A stretch of DNA of 56,007 nucleotides, filler included, from Catajapyx aquilonaris (taxonomy: Eukaryota), in the NCBI GenBank assembly GCA_000934665.2. It is 4 parts of 4 records of this genome, joined end to end, with 100 filler letters (N's around TTAATTAATTAA, not from the genome) between each part and the next. Parts side by side here need not be neighbours in the genome. Positions count along the whole stretch, not along the records: positions 1 to 13,869 come from JYFJ02007957.1; 3 more parts are not named here. One strand, given 5' to 3'. How positions within the stretch are numbered: the stretch's first letter is position 1; each line of letters begins with the position of its first letter. A program made the position numbers and the translations under genes. Positions 1 through 12,269 of this stretch are shown one piece after another. Below the pieces are notes generated by a model. It was not told where the DNA came from and made no database searches. It saw only the letters and a list, made by a program, of their open reading frames with translations.

Positions 1-645
1 CAGGCATGAAACCAGCCCTATACCTCTTACGTCGGCCATTGCTCTACTTCGCCGAGAGCCCGCCAGATGTCAGCCACTTCTGCTGGTCTTGCGAATAGGT
101 ACGAAAGGGAAGCGCTACATGCGGGCCCAACATGGCCGCCGGCGGCCATATTGGGCCCCCCAATGTAGCCCTCCCCTTTCGTACCTATAAAGTTCAGCCT
201 TAGTCCGGTAGGGTCGCCACATGATTGCTCTGGGAAATGTCTCATGACGCTCTCAAGTGAGCACCCACTGCAAAACCCCTCGGCAGGTGATAAGCCCAGA
301 ACGTAGGGGTAGTGTCCGTGGGCTGATCTCCAGTAACAGCTAACAATATGTGGCATCAATCAAGAGCTTGGTGCCATAGAGCTGTGCACTTTTTGGAGGA
401 AATGCTTTAAACATAATTTTTAAATGTCCAAACAGCCCTCACTTGACAAATGCACTTGATAAAATGCCCTCGCTGATATCACCTAAACCTCATTAGGTAG
501 AATGGCATATACACACTACAGTAAGTTTCCCACACCCATATTATGATGGCATATCAAATGAAAATGAGAAAAGTGAAATAAGTTTTTTTATTATTACTGG
601 CCGTTTGGGATACATATTGAGAGGGACTCATATTATGTTCATGCA

Positions 646-1072
646 TTTTTTTATTTTTTATTTTTTTAATTTAGATATACCCCGTGCTAGAGCCATGGGC
701 TCTCTTAGGGGAGTGGATTACCACTATCGTGCAGGGACAGGGTAGGGATAGGAGGGGGGGACACTGGTGCATGTGCAATGTCTCAGGTTGGGGGTCGTGT
801 GCAGTCCCTCAGGGGGTCCGTTCGCCATAGATGACCCCCTATAGATGCGGGTCAGAAATTCCCGCCTGACCCGCACCTCCTCCAGGACAGGGAAAATACG
901 GAAGGAAGCGGCTGTGGCCTATTTTACGGTACGATCCCGGAAATTATTCCTGGAGTGACCTTGGGAAACCACAGAAAACCAAGGTCAGGATCGCCGGCCT
1001 CCGGGATTTGAACCCAGGACCTCCCGATTAGCAGTCGGACACCATATCCACTACACCACTACTGCTTCGGTG
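646..1072 (-). mobile_element. tRNA-derived SINE (Deu/Nin-like body, LINE-like 3' tail)
   Basis: Minus-strand tRNA-like head with A box (TGGTGTAGTGG) and B box (GGTTCAAATCC). Body has the GGCCACAGCCGCTTCCTTCC motif and the tail is A-rich. TSD TGTTCATGCA at 636-645 and 1073-1082. Homologous copy at 22745-23054. Confidence 0.85.
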
Positions 1073-1903
1073 TGTTCATGCAGTTCAGTTCAGGCAGTTT
1101 GCTGATAAAGGGAATGTCATGTAGGCAGAATGTAAGTCATACACCTGTAAAAAGATGGTGGTACCCCCACTGGTGTGCATCGAGGGGAGGACAAAGGTGT
1201 TACAGTGGTGCCTGGTACTTCGAACGTTCCAGAGTTGAATGATAAGTTCAAGAGGAAATTCGATCGGGAGTTCGAATTATGCTTCTACAAAGGGCTGTAC
1301 TGTCAGAGTAGTTTCAAAATTTATTCCTGACGAATGACCACGGGCATGTTTGTTTATGGTGGAGTGCCGGAAATCATAGTACTGCCGCTTGAAAATAAAA
1401 ATATAAAATGCCACTTCTTGAATAAGATTTCATATTATGATCACTGGACTCGGCTAATGCATTTTAAATGCATGGCACTGAAAACCACTCTTATATCAAA
1501 AGTCAAAACCAGGGCTGTCGCTTTCGTATACCCAATCTTTCAGAAAACACGAATTCTGATTTATCGAATATTTTCACGGTCCAGGTGCCCGTTCCCAGTG
1601 GGAGGTAGACCAATTTGAAAAATGTCATACATATGAGAAATATGTATTTAATGCTTCACCTTTTTTTTGAGGGGGGGGGGTGGATTTTTATACAAACTCG
1701 TGGGGGATGGAAGGACTTGGGGAGTTGTGTCCCAGGCAGCAGCCAATTGAAACCAGAAGGGTTATGTCGGAGGATGCGCTGCACAGAGGACCACTAGTGG
1801 TGGCAGTGAATCCGCCGGTTAGGTTTCGGCCGAGTGAAAACAGAAGAGACGAATAATCCGGCATCATTGTCCTGCCCAGTGGCAAAAAGGAATGTACCAG
1901 TGG

Positions 1904-4758
1904 TTATGGAAGCAGGGTGTGTGTGTATGTGTGTGGATTAAAAGAGAATCTAGCAATCGTCGATGCGCCACGGGAGCCACCACTGCGGCCGACAAGTTCT
2001 GGTAGGGGCGGTTGCCATCCGCTTGTTCCTGCGAAGCGGTTGGGGTGGCGGTGCTCTGCGCCGCGTCCGGTGCGGATGCGGTGCGCGGGCGGAAGATGCG
2101 GTGGCTGCGGAGGAAGACACGGCCGCTGCCACGGGCGGAGGCGGCGGTGGTGGTGCCGCAGCAGCCACGATACCACACCGGAAGACGCGGCCGGAACCGC
2201 GGTGGCAGCCGTGCCCATACCCGCGTCCAGCCGCTTGATGAATCGCACGCACAGCGGGTCGTCCGCCAGCTCCGGGTAGCGGTCCGGGTCGTGCGCAGGT
2301 ACGCTGTCGTATGCCGATGCGTACCCGACCTTCACTATCTCCTCGGCCTCGGCTGGAGCCCACTCTCGGCCCCCTGCCAGCCCTTCTCGGAGCAGCTCTC
2401 TCTCCCGTGCCCACGCCCTGTGTTTGCCCGCGGCTCGAGCGTGGTGCAGTAACCGCTGACGCTCCTTCGCCGCGTTTGACCCGTAGTACCGGACGTGCAG
2501 GGTTGCGTGCGGACCGTGCAGGCGCAGGTCGACGCCCGCCGCCTTCAGATGGGCCTCCACCTGAAGGAGACACGGTCAACTCTGGGTTACGTTGGTGATG
2601 CGCTCTGTCCTCTTATTATTACCATGTACCATGCACCGGCACGACGCAACGAAGTAACGAGAGTCGGGCTGGAGGCGCAACTCTCGCCACTTCGTCGTGT
2701 AGTAAAGATCAGCCGCACGAGCCCATTGAACATACCTGTTTCAGACTCTCGCTGGTGTAGAGACACATTCAGTTGGCCAGCCAGTCGGCGCAACTGTGCA
2801 TGGTCTTCCTGAGCTCTCCAAGCGTCCTCCTTGACGAAGAAGAAGGCATCCTGAGAAGCATGTGCGTGAGACGCCAGAGCCACGTCCAGAAGGAGAGAAT
2901 CGTTGAGGACAGCGGTGAACACATCTCGGAAGATTGCGTCTGCTGATGGCCCGTACCGCAACAGGGCCCGGCCACCCCATCGGGACACCAGGATTCCGCG
3001 GCCCAGAGGTGGCTCCAGCGAGGTCACAGAGGCAGTGGGGGGAGAGAGATATGGGGTCAAGAGGCGTGGTCAGGGCCGAACCGGGGATGGAAGCCACATG
3101 AGATGAGCCTTCTTGAGCCTGAGATAAGCGAGCCAGAGTTCCAGAGGCGATGCCAAAAGGCGCTCCTCTTTCCCACTGGCTGCCAGGAACCTCTTTTGGA
3201 GAAGCTATTCTGGAGGAAGGCAAGTTCCAGGGCAGCCATGGGGCCACTCCTTCCTTTATTTGAGGCGTCATGCTTTGCAGACGTACACTCAGCCGTTGTA
3301 ACCGCAGTCTTCATGTCCTAAACAGAGAGAGAGAAACTAATATTAGTAATCAATAATTTCATAGGTATAATGTAGTTGTTCAGATGGAACTATAGTCAAA
3401 GGACATCCTAGAATGCACTTCTGGAACCTCCCACTTTTCACGTTTCCATGTAAACGACATTGTTTACTCACATTGTTGTGTGAGAGGGCCAATCGGAAGC
3501 CTCGAGGTAACAATATATTATATTGTTACCTCGAGGCTTCCGATTGGCCCTCTCACACAACAATTTGAGTAAACAATGTCATTTACATGGAAATGTGAAA
3601 AGTGGGAGGTTCCAGAAGTGCATTCTAGGATGTCCTTTGACTATAACAACTGGACAATTCTCGACAAGGAAAGAATGTTCTTGCCTTTGAATGATGGCGG
3701 TGAGAGGTCAACCTCATTGATGGGGTCATTGCCGTTGAAGCGGTACCGTACAGTTGTAGTCGTCTGGGTTCGGTGACTCGAGTCAGCAGGTCCTCCCATT
3801 CAGGGGTCATCCATTGACCTATGAGAGGATCGTAGACACGGCCGAAACCCAGGTGCACGAGTGATGTGTCTTTGGTCTAAAAGACCACCACAGAAGTCCA
3901 CAGGTAGGTACAGGTACGGGTTGGAGTCATACACAATATGTTGTCCAAATGGGCTGCGCATGATCTCACGCACGACCTCGCCGTACTGGTTGAATATCAT
4001 CACTGGAGTTCCGCACTGATCCGTCACTACGTAATACTTGTGACGATACACCTGAAATTGACAACACAATGTTCCTAAAGTGGCTCGGTTTCCTCGGTGT
4101 TTGTGTACCATACCTGGGCAAATATAAGATGACCTCTGTCGTCATAAATCAACGACATCGGCTTTCCATCTCTTGGACTGTACACATGCGTCACACGATG
4201 CGGCGCATCTGACTGCGTGTAGAAGAACTGCGTGACGTTCCCGTAGTTGTCTTTTCTAGCAGCTAATCTGCCCAGGTGGTCGTACGAGTATCGGACATCA
4301 AATCGTCCTCTTTTAGAAGCTCGTATCAGCAGACCTCGAACACCATACTGGAACCGTTCCTCTCGTGCATTATGTATCACTTGACTCCTGGAATCGTGGG
4401 AATATGCGCCCTCTCCAAACTTAAGTACACGATCTCGTCCGTCGTACTGCATGGGGATCGAATTTCCACGGTACGACAGAGTCACAGCAGGTTTCCGCGC
4501 TCGTCGTACTGGAAAGCCCACGGTTCTTGTGCCTCTATACGTGCACCATCTGTCCATCCAGGTCTAACGAAAAGTTCTTGACGCTGACATACATGTTGAC
4601 ACGCACGTTTCGAGTGTAGGTCCGTGTCTGGCTCAGACGTCGTTGTCCATCGCAGTGAAACTCTGCGCGAAACACTTCCATCCCACGGATTGTCACAGAC
4701 ACTTGACTCTCCTGGGAGTGAGATAAAAACATGCCATTTAGATTGATCATACCGATAC
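1904..4758 (-). pseudogene. Ten-a: Teneurin (Ten-a-like) 3' fragment: YD repeats, RHS core and Tox-GHH C-terminus, with several frameshifts and retained introns
   Basis: Motifs [75 protein letters not shown] and AWARERELLREG..EW..YPELADDP..VRF. GT-AG intron at 4053-4112 and an acceptor before 2560. Homology jumps between reading frames within exons. The Ten-a versus Ten-m assignment is less certain than the family call. Confidence 0.88.
3391..3645. mobile_element. Palindromic (foldback) MITE in a teneurin intron
   Basis: About 125-bp near-perfect inverted arms TATAGTCAAAGGACATCC...GGATGTCCTTTGACTATA around a tiny AT loop, with TA ends. Confidence 0.85.
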
Positions 4759-6962
4759 CTGACCAGCAAATCCATACGAACGTAACATTTTTACGCAGTG
4801 CACAATGCTGACATAATTATGTTCTTTTAGCAAAAGTGCTTCATTTAGCTGATGCCTGTAACCAGGGATTAACACAATCCACATTTTCTAAGACATCCTG
4901 GTTTTGATAATGACCTACTCGTATACGGTACTGTATTTGTAACCGTTTAACATTGTTCACCTGTATCATTGCATGTGGTCTGGCTGTGTAGTAGGATTGT
5001 GAAGATGTATCACTGCAGGTCATCTGATTTTAAGGAACTTAGTGCACCTATAAAATCGTATCGTCTTTATGGTCTTTCTGGTACGTTATTCCTGTCACCC
5101 AATAAATGGGATTTCCATCGGTGTTGAGTATAGGCGAAATTGCCTATCTCGTCTCCATGAAGGAGATAATAATCGCACTTGAAAACTCGCGATGCCACTG
5201 GTGGTCTTTTTTTGTTGATAATGGCCGTGATATACAGACGATTAATAAGCACGCAAGTTGCTTACTCGTTACCATTAGGGCCGGGAAGTGCACACAGGGA
5301 CATGTCCTTCACACTAGAATAATTGCAGCCAGGACGGCATGGTGTCGCAGTTCCATATAACAGAGGAGCAATTTGGCCATTGCTTTCCCTCCCGTCATAC
5401 CCAGCAGCTCTCTACATCCTCTACGCATACATCTTCTTGGTTCTTCATTTTTTCAACCACACACCCCTAGGTCGTACAGTTGGATTTTGCTCAGGTCCTC
5501 GATCTGGAGCTAATTGAAAACAAAAATGGCCTTCTTTTATCAATTGTTTGGATCACCAAGAGGAATGTCAAAATGCGAAAAAGAAAATACATAATTTCAT
5601 TTTGGTGTTCTGCAGGTAGCAAATTCCCTAGGTAGCACGAAGATCTGGGTGATATCGCGTAGATGTCTACATCTACAGGACTACAGAATAGGTGACTATA
5701 TTAGTCCATCTGAGGGACGTCTACTACACCTCCAAATAATATCTTATATCGGACATAAAATTCCAACATCGTGGGGATATACCGGTATTTCAGATGTCAT
5801 AGGAAATAGATTCGAAAAAGAAAATCGTAAGCAGTGGCTGCTTACGATTTTCTTTTTTGGCTGGAGTTCCAATGGAAACGGGGAAGTTTGTTCGTAACTC
5901 GGTGCTCCGCTATAATTCAGCAACCATTAATTTTGTAGTATTATGCGAAAATTCCCTCTCACTTATTTATCCAGAAACTGTGGTCCGCCAGCTCCGTGCT
6001 AACTGGTCATAAATCAAGAAAAAAAAATCAAGAATATAATTATATCCATCTCTTTATGAAAATGAATCCAACCCCTATTTTCATTATCCAACAACATTTC
6101 CGTGAGTGTAGGCGTATGTCATAGCATTGACAAATAGCAGTAGACGTTGATGTGACTGCCTAAGTGTACCATGTACAGTACCTGAGACAGCTCTATCTAC
6201 GTAAATGCATAGTAGGCCTACCTCTTGATAGTACACAGCAGCAATGTGCCTGAATAGTCGCCTGACCTGCAGGATGACAGCGCTTAAAAACGCAACAAGC
6301 TACAGCTATTATCTCCTTAATTAAACACTAAATTCAGTTACTGATAATACACCATACTGATACAAAAATATGAAAGGACTAATGCAGGCTTCGCAGCTGA
6401 ATGGACGAAAAGCTCAAAGCAGGGTTTGGCATACAAGAAGAGAAATAACAAAAGCTTTGTGACGTATAAACACATGGAATGGAAAATAAATGGTCTATTG
6501 TATAAAATACATTAACGTGTCTTCTTTAAAGGCCTAAATCTTTTGTAGATATATCTGAAGACCTGATCTGCAGAAGAGTCACAGTCGCAATTGAATAATT
6601 TTGAGATATGGCAATCATACATTTGTCGGAAGACATTCCACATCCTTGATTTGATTTATACTGTGAGCATTTTTCCTAGGACGCTGACTCCGTCAAAAGA
6701 AAACTGACCTGACCATCGCCATGGACAACTTGATGTCTGCGTCACTCTGATTCATAATTTGCAAATTAGGTTTTCATATAATATGCTGCTGGGCTGGATT
6801 CACAGTCGTGTGAGAATATGATGCACGGGACAGTTGGTTACAAGTTGTTGTTCGTTGTTAATATTGTCATTCAAGACAGCTGGCAGCTTCGATGTTTTCA
6901 ATATCTAAGTGGATGATTGTTTATGATATCCATCAAATAATGCTGAATATTGCGTAGATATT

Positions 6963-8128
6963 TCATACGTACACGTCGATGTGCTACCTGGGTAATTTCA
7001 TTCGAACATGTGTAGGATTTTATAAAAAAAATAATAAAGGGTCTAAACAACCAGAATGATGACTTACCAGTTCGTACACATCATCCAAACGGAGATGGTT
7101 ACCATGGTAGTAACAGCGTACTGCGGAGATTTGCTTTTCCTAAAAGACACAAAGTAGCCATACTTTCATAAACTACAATCGGCGAGCACTCCAAAACACA
7201 TGTGAAACCTCACCTTTTGTTCACAATAATGAATAAGAACTCTATCCAGGGTGTCGGAGGCTATGGCGTATTCCCACTGGGCCCCGACTATCGCGGAGCT
7301 CTTGTGAAAATAAAGATTAGCATTATCATTGGAACAGGTTGTTAAAGTTTTTTAAAAAAACTGGTAACACACGTTCTAATATTGTATACCTGGACCAAAT
7401 AACGAAAAGGTCCTAATAATAGCACTTTTAAAATATCTCCCTTCATATTATATACTTGGTACGCGTAGGCTACACTCCTGGAAATATATAGTATAATGAA
7501 TTGAATAATTATTTCTCACAACACATTCAAAGTGTTATGACTGTTATGTACAAAGTGTTACAATTAAGTTACAAAAGTGTTAAGCACAAAGTAATAAGTA
7601 CATGCAGATGTATTAGGCCTGCATAACATTGTAATCTTATTGGTTCTTAATAGTCATAAATAAAATCATTCGTATTACCCCTACGAATTTTCTCACGGTG
7701 TCTCGCCTGACGCCCATAATACGTGTAATCCGCATTACGCGTGTATTTCCGCAATGGAATCGAAATTGCCAATGGGAACTAGGATATCTTAAAATGTCTC
7801 AAAGAAGTACGCATCTTTGTACACAAATTGGTCCAGGTATCTAGCTACATGCCTAGTGAAATAATAACTTCACTCACGTGCTCTTCTATGCAAATTCTGA
7901 TATATCCAGCTCTGGCCGGGGGAGGTGGAATCTGAAAAAGCAAATGCCAAACACAGCTACTTGTATAATGGGATACAGAGTTCGCAAATTTTATGTACCG
8001 TCACTTGGGAGGACTATAGAAGGGTTCTATGTAATCATTTATAGGGTAGCTATCTAGCATACCTTCAGGTTAGTTACCGAGATAACTGGCTATTTATCCT
8101 GTAGTGTAACATATCCTGGGAGCTGCAT
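6963..8128 (-). pseudogene. Five-exon gene encoding a divergent SUMO/ubiquitin-like domain (decayed)
   Basis: Phase-0 exons 8063-8128, 7878-7931, 7214-7300, 7068-7139 and 6963-7007 splice to MQLPGYVTLQDK*PVISVTNLKIPPPPARAGYIRICIEEHSSAIVGAQWEYAIASDTLDRVLIHYCEQKEKQISAVRCYYHGNHLRLDDVYELVRMKLPR*HIDVYV*. All donors are GT and three acceptors are AG. The last acceptor is CAT and there are two internal TAG codons. Confidence 0.62.
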
Positions 8129-8160
8129 CCGACCCCACACGCCACCGTGTGTGGTCGGAT

Positions 8161-8300
8161 CAAGGGGGTAACAACTCCCCAAAAAAGTGTACACCAGGTC
8201 CTGGAACCGGGTGGTTCGACCAGGTTCCAGGCCGGTTCCAAGCTGGTTCCAGCAGGACCCGGTACGGGTACACCGGTTCCACGAAGTTGTTACCCCATTA
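8161..8300. mobile_element. hAT-like MITE
   Basis: TIR core GGGGTAACAACT / AGTTGTTACCCC, 8-bp TSD GGTCGGAT/GGTCAGAT, and internal GGAACCGG-type palindromic repeats. Confidence 0.65.
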
Positions 8301-8707
8301 GGTCAGATGCATCTGAAAGTTCTCCCCTATTACGTCTCGTCAAAGACTGCAACTCTGAATCACTGACATGTCATTTACGGTGTGACAGTCAGAATAATGT
8401 GCTAGGGGATGTGTGTTATGGGAGAAGGCAGGATGCTAGTGGATCTCATGACCTGTAGGGTTGTGAGGAGCACATACGGACGGACAGATGCAGTTAAAAA
8501 ATATCACAGTAGAGGCCCTATCTCAAGAGATTCTACCAAATCACTGCAATGTGGATTTTTTTTTGGTCCTAGATATTTACAAAATCCTCAAAAATACTCC
8601 CACTGAAAACACTGTTGATGTAGTCTGGAGTCCTTCGGGAAATTCTCCACAAAAAAGCCAGAATCAAAATAATGAAGTGTAAGTGGTTCGTTTTCTTCAA
8701 TTTATTT

Positions 8708-8958
8708 GAGGGGTGTGGTGGGAAAATGTGATAACCCACAAAAATGTACCTAATTTTTCAGGAGAGCGAATTTAAGTTTGCATTCTCTTCACAAATCATA
8801 GCGGGAATGTTGGTTTTGATCTAGTCTGTGTTGCCGTCTCGTGCATGATATGTGCGCTTGGAGTATACCAAAATGTTTATCATGTCTTTTACATTGTGGC
8901 TAGGTGTTTACGTCAAAAAATGACAAAAATGAGTGTTATCACATCCACCACACCCCTC
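8708..8958. mobile_element. Sola-like MITE
   Basis: TIR GAGGGGTGTGGTGG..TGTGATAAC / GTTATCACA..CCACCACACCCCTC with flanks ATTT/ATTA. Ends resemble those of the element at 30196-31484. Confidence 0.6.
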
Positions 8959-9658
8959 ATTATATGGTATTAAAATTAATAATTTGACATTTCCGAACAG
9001 TGGGATATAAATAAGAACTTTATAGTGTGCATAAAAAGCCCGTAAATTGTGAAAAAAGGAAATATGTTTAGAAGTGCCAATCGTGGTGGAATGGGGAAAG
9101 GAGGGGGAGCAGCAGCCTTAGGGTCAATGACCTCCTGGTAACATGGAACAGCGACTTATTTACCTGTCAACGAATTCAACCCCGAGTTCAGACCCAATAT
9201 TAGGCTTGCAGTTTATTCAACCTGATAATGGAACACTGAGCTCACAATGAGCAACAATGACTGTCAACAATGGAACTAACAATGAAAGTCGTAAGAGGTC
9301 AGTACCACTCTCAGATGGAATGAACTGTGTATAATTATAGCCTAACCCCCGATGATGAGGGTGCGAACGAGGGGGTGGTCTCATCGAGAGCACCTGTGTA
9401 CACTATACTGGATAGTGATGGACATTGTTCACACAGGGGAAACACCGTGTATATTTGGAACAGTAGTATACACTTTTCCACCGAGTGGTCATCCCCTCTG
9501 GTTCGAAGCATTTCGATGGCTTAAAGCCCCCCCTCCCGCCCGTGCAAACCCTAGAATATGCCGTTTAATCACAAAATGTTGCAGGAACAATAATTGACCT
9601 ACCAGATAGCCGTACATAATTATCGTCGAGACGTCGACACGGGCTCACGACTCGGAAC

Positions 9659-9765
9659 TAGAGATGGAAGTATCGTATCGGAATATCGATAAACCGATAT
9701 TCTTGGAAACTCGATATCAGATATATCGCTAGTTTTTTGTATCGATATATCGACGATACGATACT
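9659..9765. mobile_element. Single hAT-like terminus with TATCGATA subterminal repeats
   Basis: Starts TAGAGATGG followed by dense ATCGAT/GATATC motifs. No partner end was identified. Confidence 0.4.
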
Positions 9766-10891
9766 GGATTTTTCATCATATCAAATAGCTGCCATGCCCT
9801 GCCCAATGGTAATTCCCCGTGAGTTGAGTTCTGGCAAGCTTTGCATTTGGAAGCGTCGCACTCGCAGCAAGTCAGCTCAGCGGCCCGGCCAATAGGCTAA
9901 TATAGGACTACAGTCCAATAAGTGCTATATTGCTAATGCTAATTTGCTATTATGCCGTCTCCATGAAGTGGAGCTAACGGCCACCGGATGTTGGGTCATG
10001 CGGGAGATAGATTTTGATATAAATAATGCAGCCAATCTCTATTTCAACTTGGAATTTTACAGTGCAGCATTTAGGTGGACATAGATCAGGGACCTCAATA
10101 TCAGCAGCACATATGTGGTGAACATATGAAAAACACACCCACCCATATATCGTTTTTCCCTTTTCCTTTCCCTGCGACATAGGCCTATACTGATTGCTTT
10201 CAAGACACATTAACTGTGTCCTAATTTGGATGGTGTTGCATATTCCTTTTGCTGTTGTATGTGAATAATATTGCTAAGCCACATAATTTGCTTACGAGGG
10301 GGAAATTAGGCTCCTTGGTGCTTTAATGTAAGGGGGACCTCCTTGGGGACCTCCTAACAACCGGGCCTACCATGGACCTACCTGGATCTACACATACCTA
10401 CTTGGGACTTACCCGGACTTACCTGGACCTATCTCGGACATCTTCCGGACCTCTGTCGAGGTGCACGAAGGACCTACAAAGTGATTTCCCCCTCACTTGC
10501 TTATTCCTTGCTAGATGATGTCTGCTGATTTGTAATTTGAATTACTGAAATTAATATATTATATATTAATGAGACCAATGACTAAATAATAAAGAAGAAT
10601 AGCTGTTTATTTTCACCCACATTATGTCACAGCAAAAATGTTTTCCAATCAAAAACCAAAGCAAACAGCCAGGTGCATCAGCAGTCTAGAAAAAGGTAGC
10701 AGTGATGAAGTTAGGTTGCACAAGCTAGTGAAGCTATTAACTCAATATTCTATATTTTATGGTTGTTGTTAATTGTTCGTAACAATTAACCAACAAATTA
10801 GTAGTGTAGAAAAATCCTAATTTGTGCAATAATCTGGCATATCAATCGAAAAATGTGCAAGCTGTGTGATTTATCACCATCAGGAGTTGGT

Positions 10892-10892
<1 letters not shown>

Positions 10893-10951
<59 letters not shown>
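10893..10951 (+). repeat. (CAA)n microsatellite
   Basis: Pure run of about 19 CAA units. Confidence 0.97.
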
Positions 10952-11649
10952 CTCCAAGACTTTTCAGTGTGGTCCATTTTCCTGACTTAATTACTGCCGA
11001 AGTGTGCTGGCTTCAAAGGCTAAAGCTTGCACTGCTTGTCACGTGTGACTTTTGACTGGCTTGTCTCACGGACTTGTATGTGAAATGGAACTACTTCGTC
11101 GTTAGGATTTTCTTTCCTTGGAGTGTTTCCTGGCCTTGCAGGGCCAGTGTGTGGCGTCTCCCCAGCGGAGCTGGTGTGCTCTGTTAACGCTGGTGCGACT
11201 TGCAATTTTGCCCTTAGGGTTGTACTTGTACGAGAGTGTTGGTGCTCGCACGTAATTTGGGAGTTGCTGTGGTACGGGGTTTGTCTCCGTTACTCCTCAG
11301 TATAGTTTGAAGGTTTCTATAGCAGTGGTAAAATTGTACACGGCTGTACTCTTTTACCTTCCCTCCCCTCCCCCCTTTTTTGGGCGTGTCGCTCTATTTG
11401 ACATGGTAAATTGTACGTGTCTGTGATTGACGACCGTTGTGGGCGTTGGACTCACGCATTTGTGGTACGACGAAACTGGAGTTGTCGTCCCACCTGATTG
11501 ATTGCACGGCTCTGGAGATCCGGAACTGGATCATCAAGTTGAACGTGCGTGTGGTGCAGTACGTATTTTTGTTCACCTGTGCACACCTTTTTTTTTTGTT
11601 TGTTTTCCTTCGCTTCAGTGTTGCTCAGTGAAAGTGGAGCTTGAAGCTG

Positions 11650-12269
11650 GAAAAGGGGATGAGGGCTGTCCTAACCTTTTCCAAGTCCTACAGCCCGTTC
11701 CCGCTATTTATTCAAATGAACAAATCTCCTCAACATACATAAAGCCATATAGGTCATAAAACAAATCAACATTAATCAACAATTAACAACAGCAGGCTCA
11801 CCAGGCCGTCTTCTTCTGTCCGTCTTCTTCTGTACGGCTTCTTCTGTTCAGGAGGCATCATGCTCTTCATACTGTTGTCGTCTCCGACCCCTACCAGCAT
11901 TCATCTGCGATAATAAGTGATCTGCCACCAGGCAGAATTGGTTGAAGGTAGGGAGCAGCTGATCCGAAACGAGCGCATCTCTGGAACAGGGCCAGCCAAA
12001 CCCCTTGGACACCGAAGTTCGACGCAAATCCCGCCGGGCCCCCTGTCACCTCTGGAAGAGAACAGTCCCAAATGATGTGCCTCGCAGACTGCACCCCTCC
12101 GTTGCACGGACAGCGGTCTGCAATCGTACTGTCCCCCTCCTCCTCGTCAACTCCACTCTCCTTGTACTCTCCAAGGTGAAAGCGACGCAGATATGCCCTA
12201 TAGGGCCCGTGACCTGAGATGATTCTGGCAAGGTGGCCGTGTATGTGTCTGTTGATGGATACGGCCGGG
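11650..12269 (-). mobile_element. 5'-truncated R1-like non-LTR retrotransposon (ORF2 C-terminus and 3' UTR)
   Basis: Minus frame reads HLARIISGHGPYRAYLRRFHL...DRCPCNGGVQSARHIIWDC, the GHG plus CCHC signature of the R1/I-group ORF2 end. AATAAA in the 3' UTR. Perfect 18-bp TSD AAGTGGAGCTTGAAGCTG at 11632-11649 and 12270-12287. Confidence 0.8.

Noticed and set aside
27..359. 110-aa minus-strand ORF, GC-rich and exon-like
   Set aside because: No recognisable motif in any frame, stops nearby, and truncated by the window edge, so it cannot be supported.
1917..2812. Multiple overlapping plus-strand ORFs
   Set aside because: These are GC-rich antisense shadows of the teneurin terminal exon.
2235..4758. 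Bacterial RHS/YD toxin or horizontal transfer from bacteria
   Set aside because: Spliceosomal introns and teneurin-specific motifs show it is an animal teneurin.
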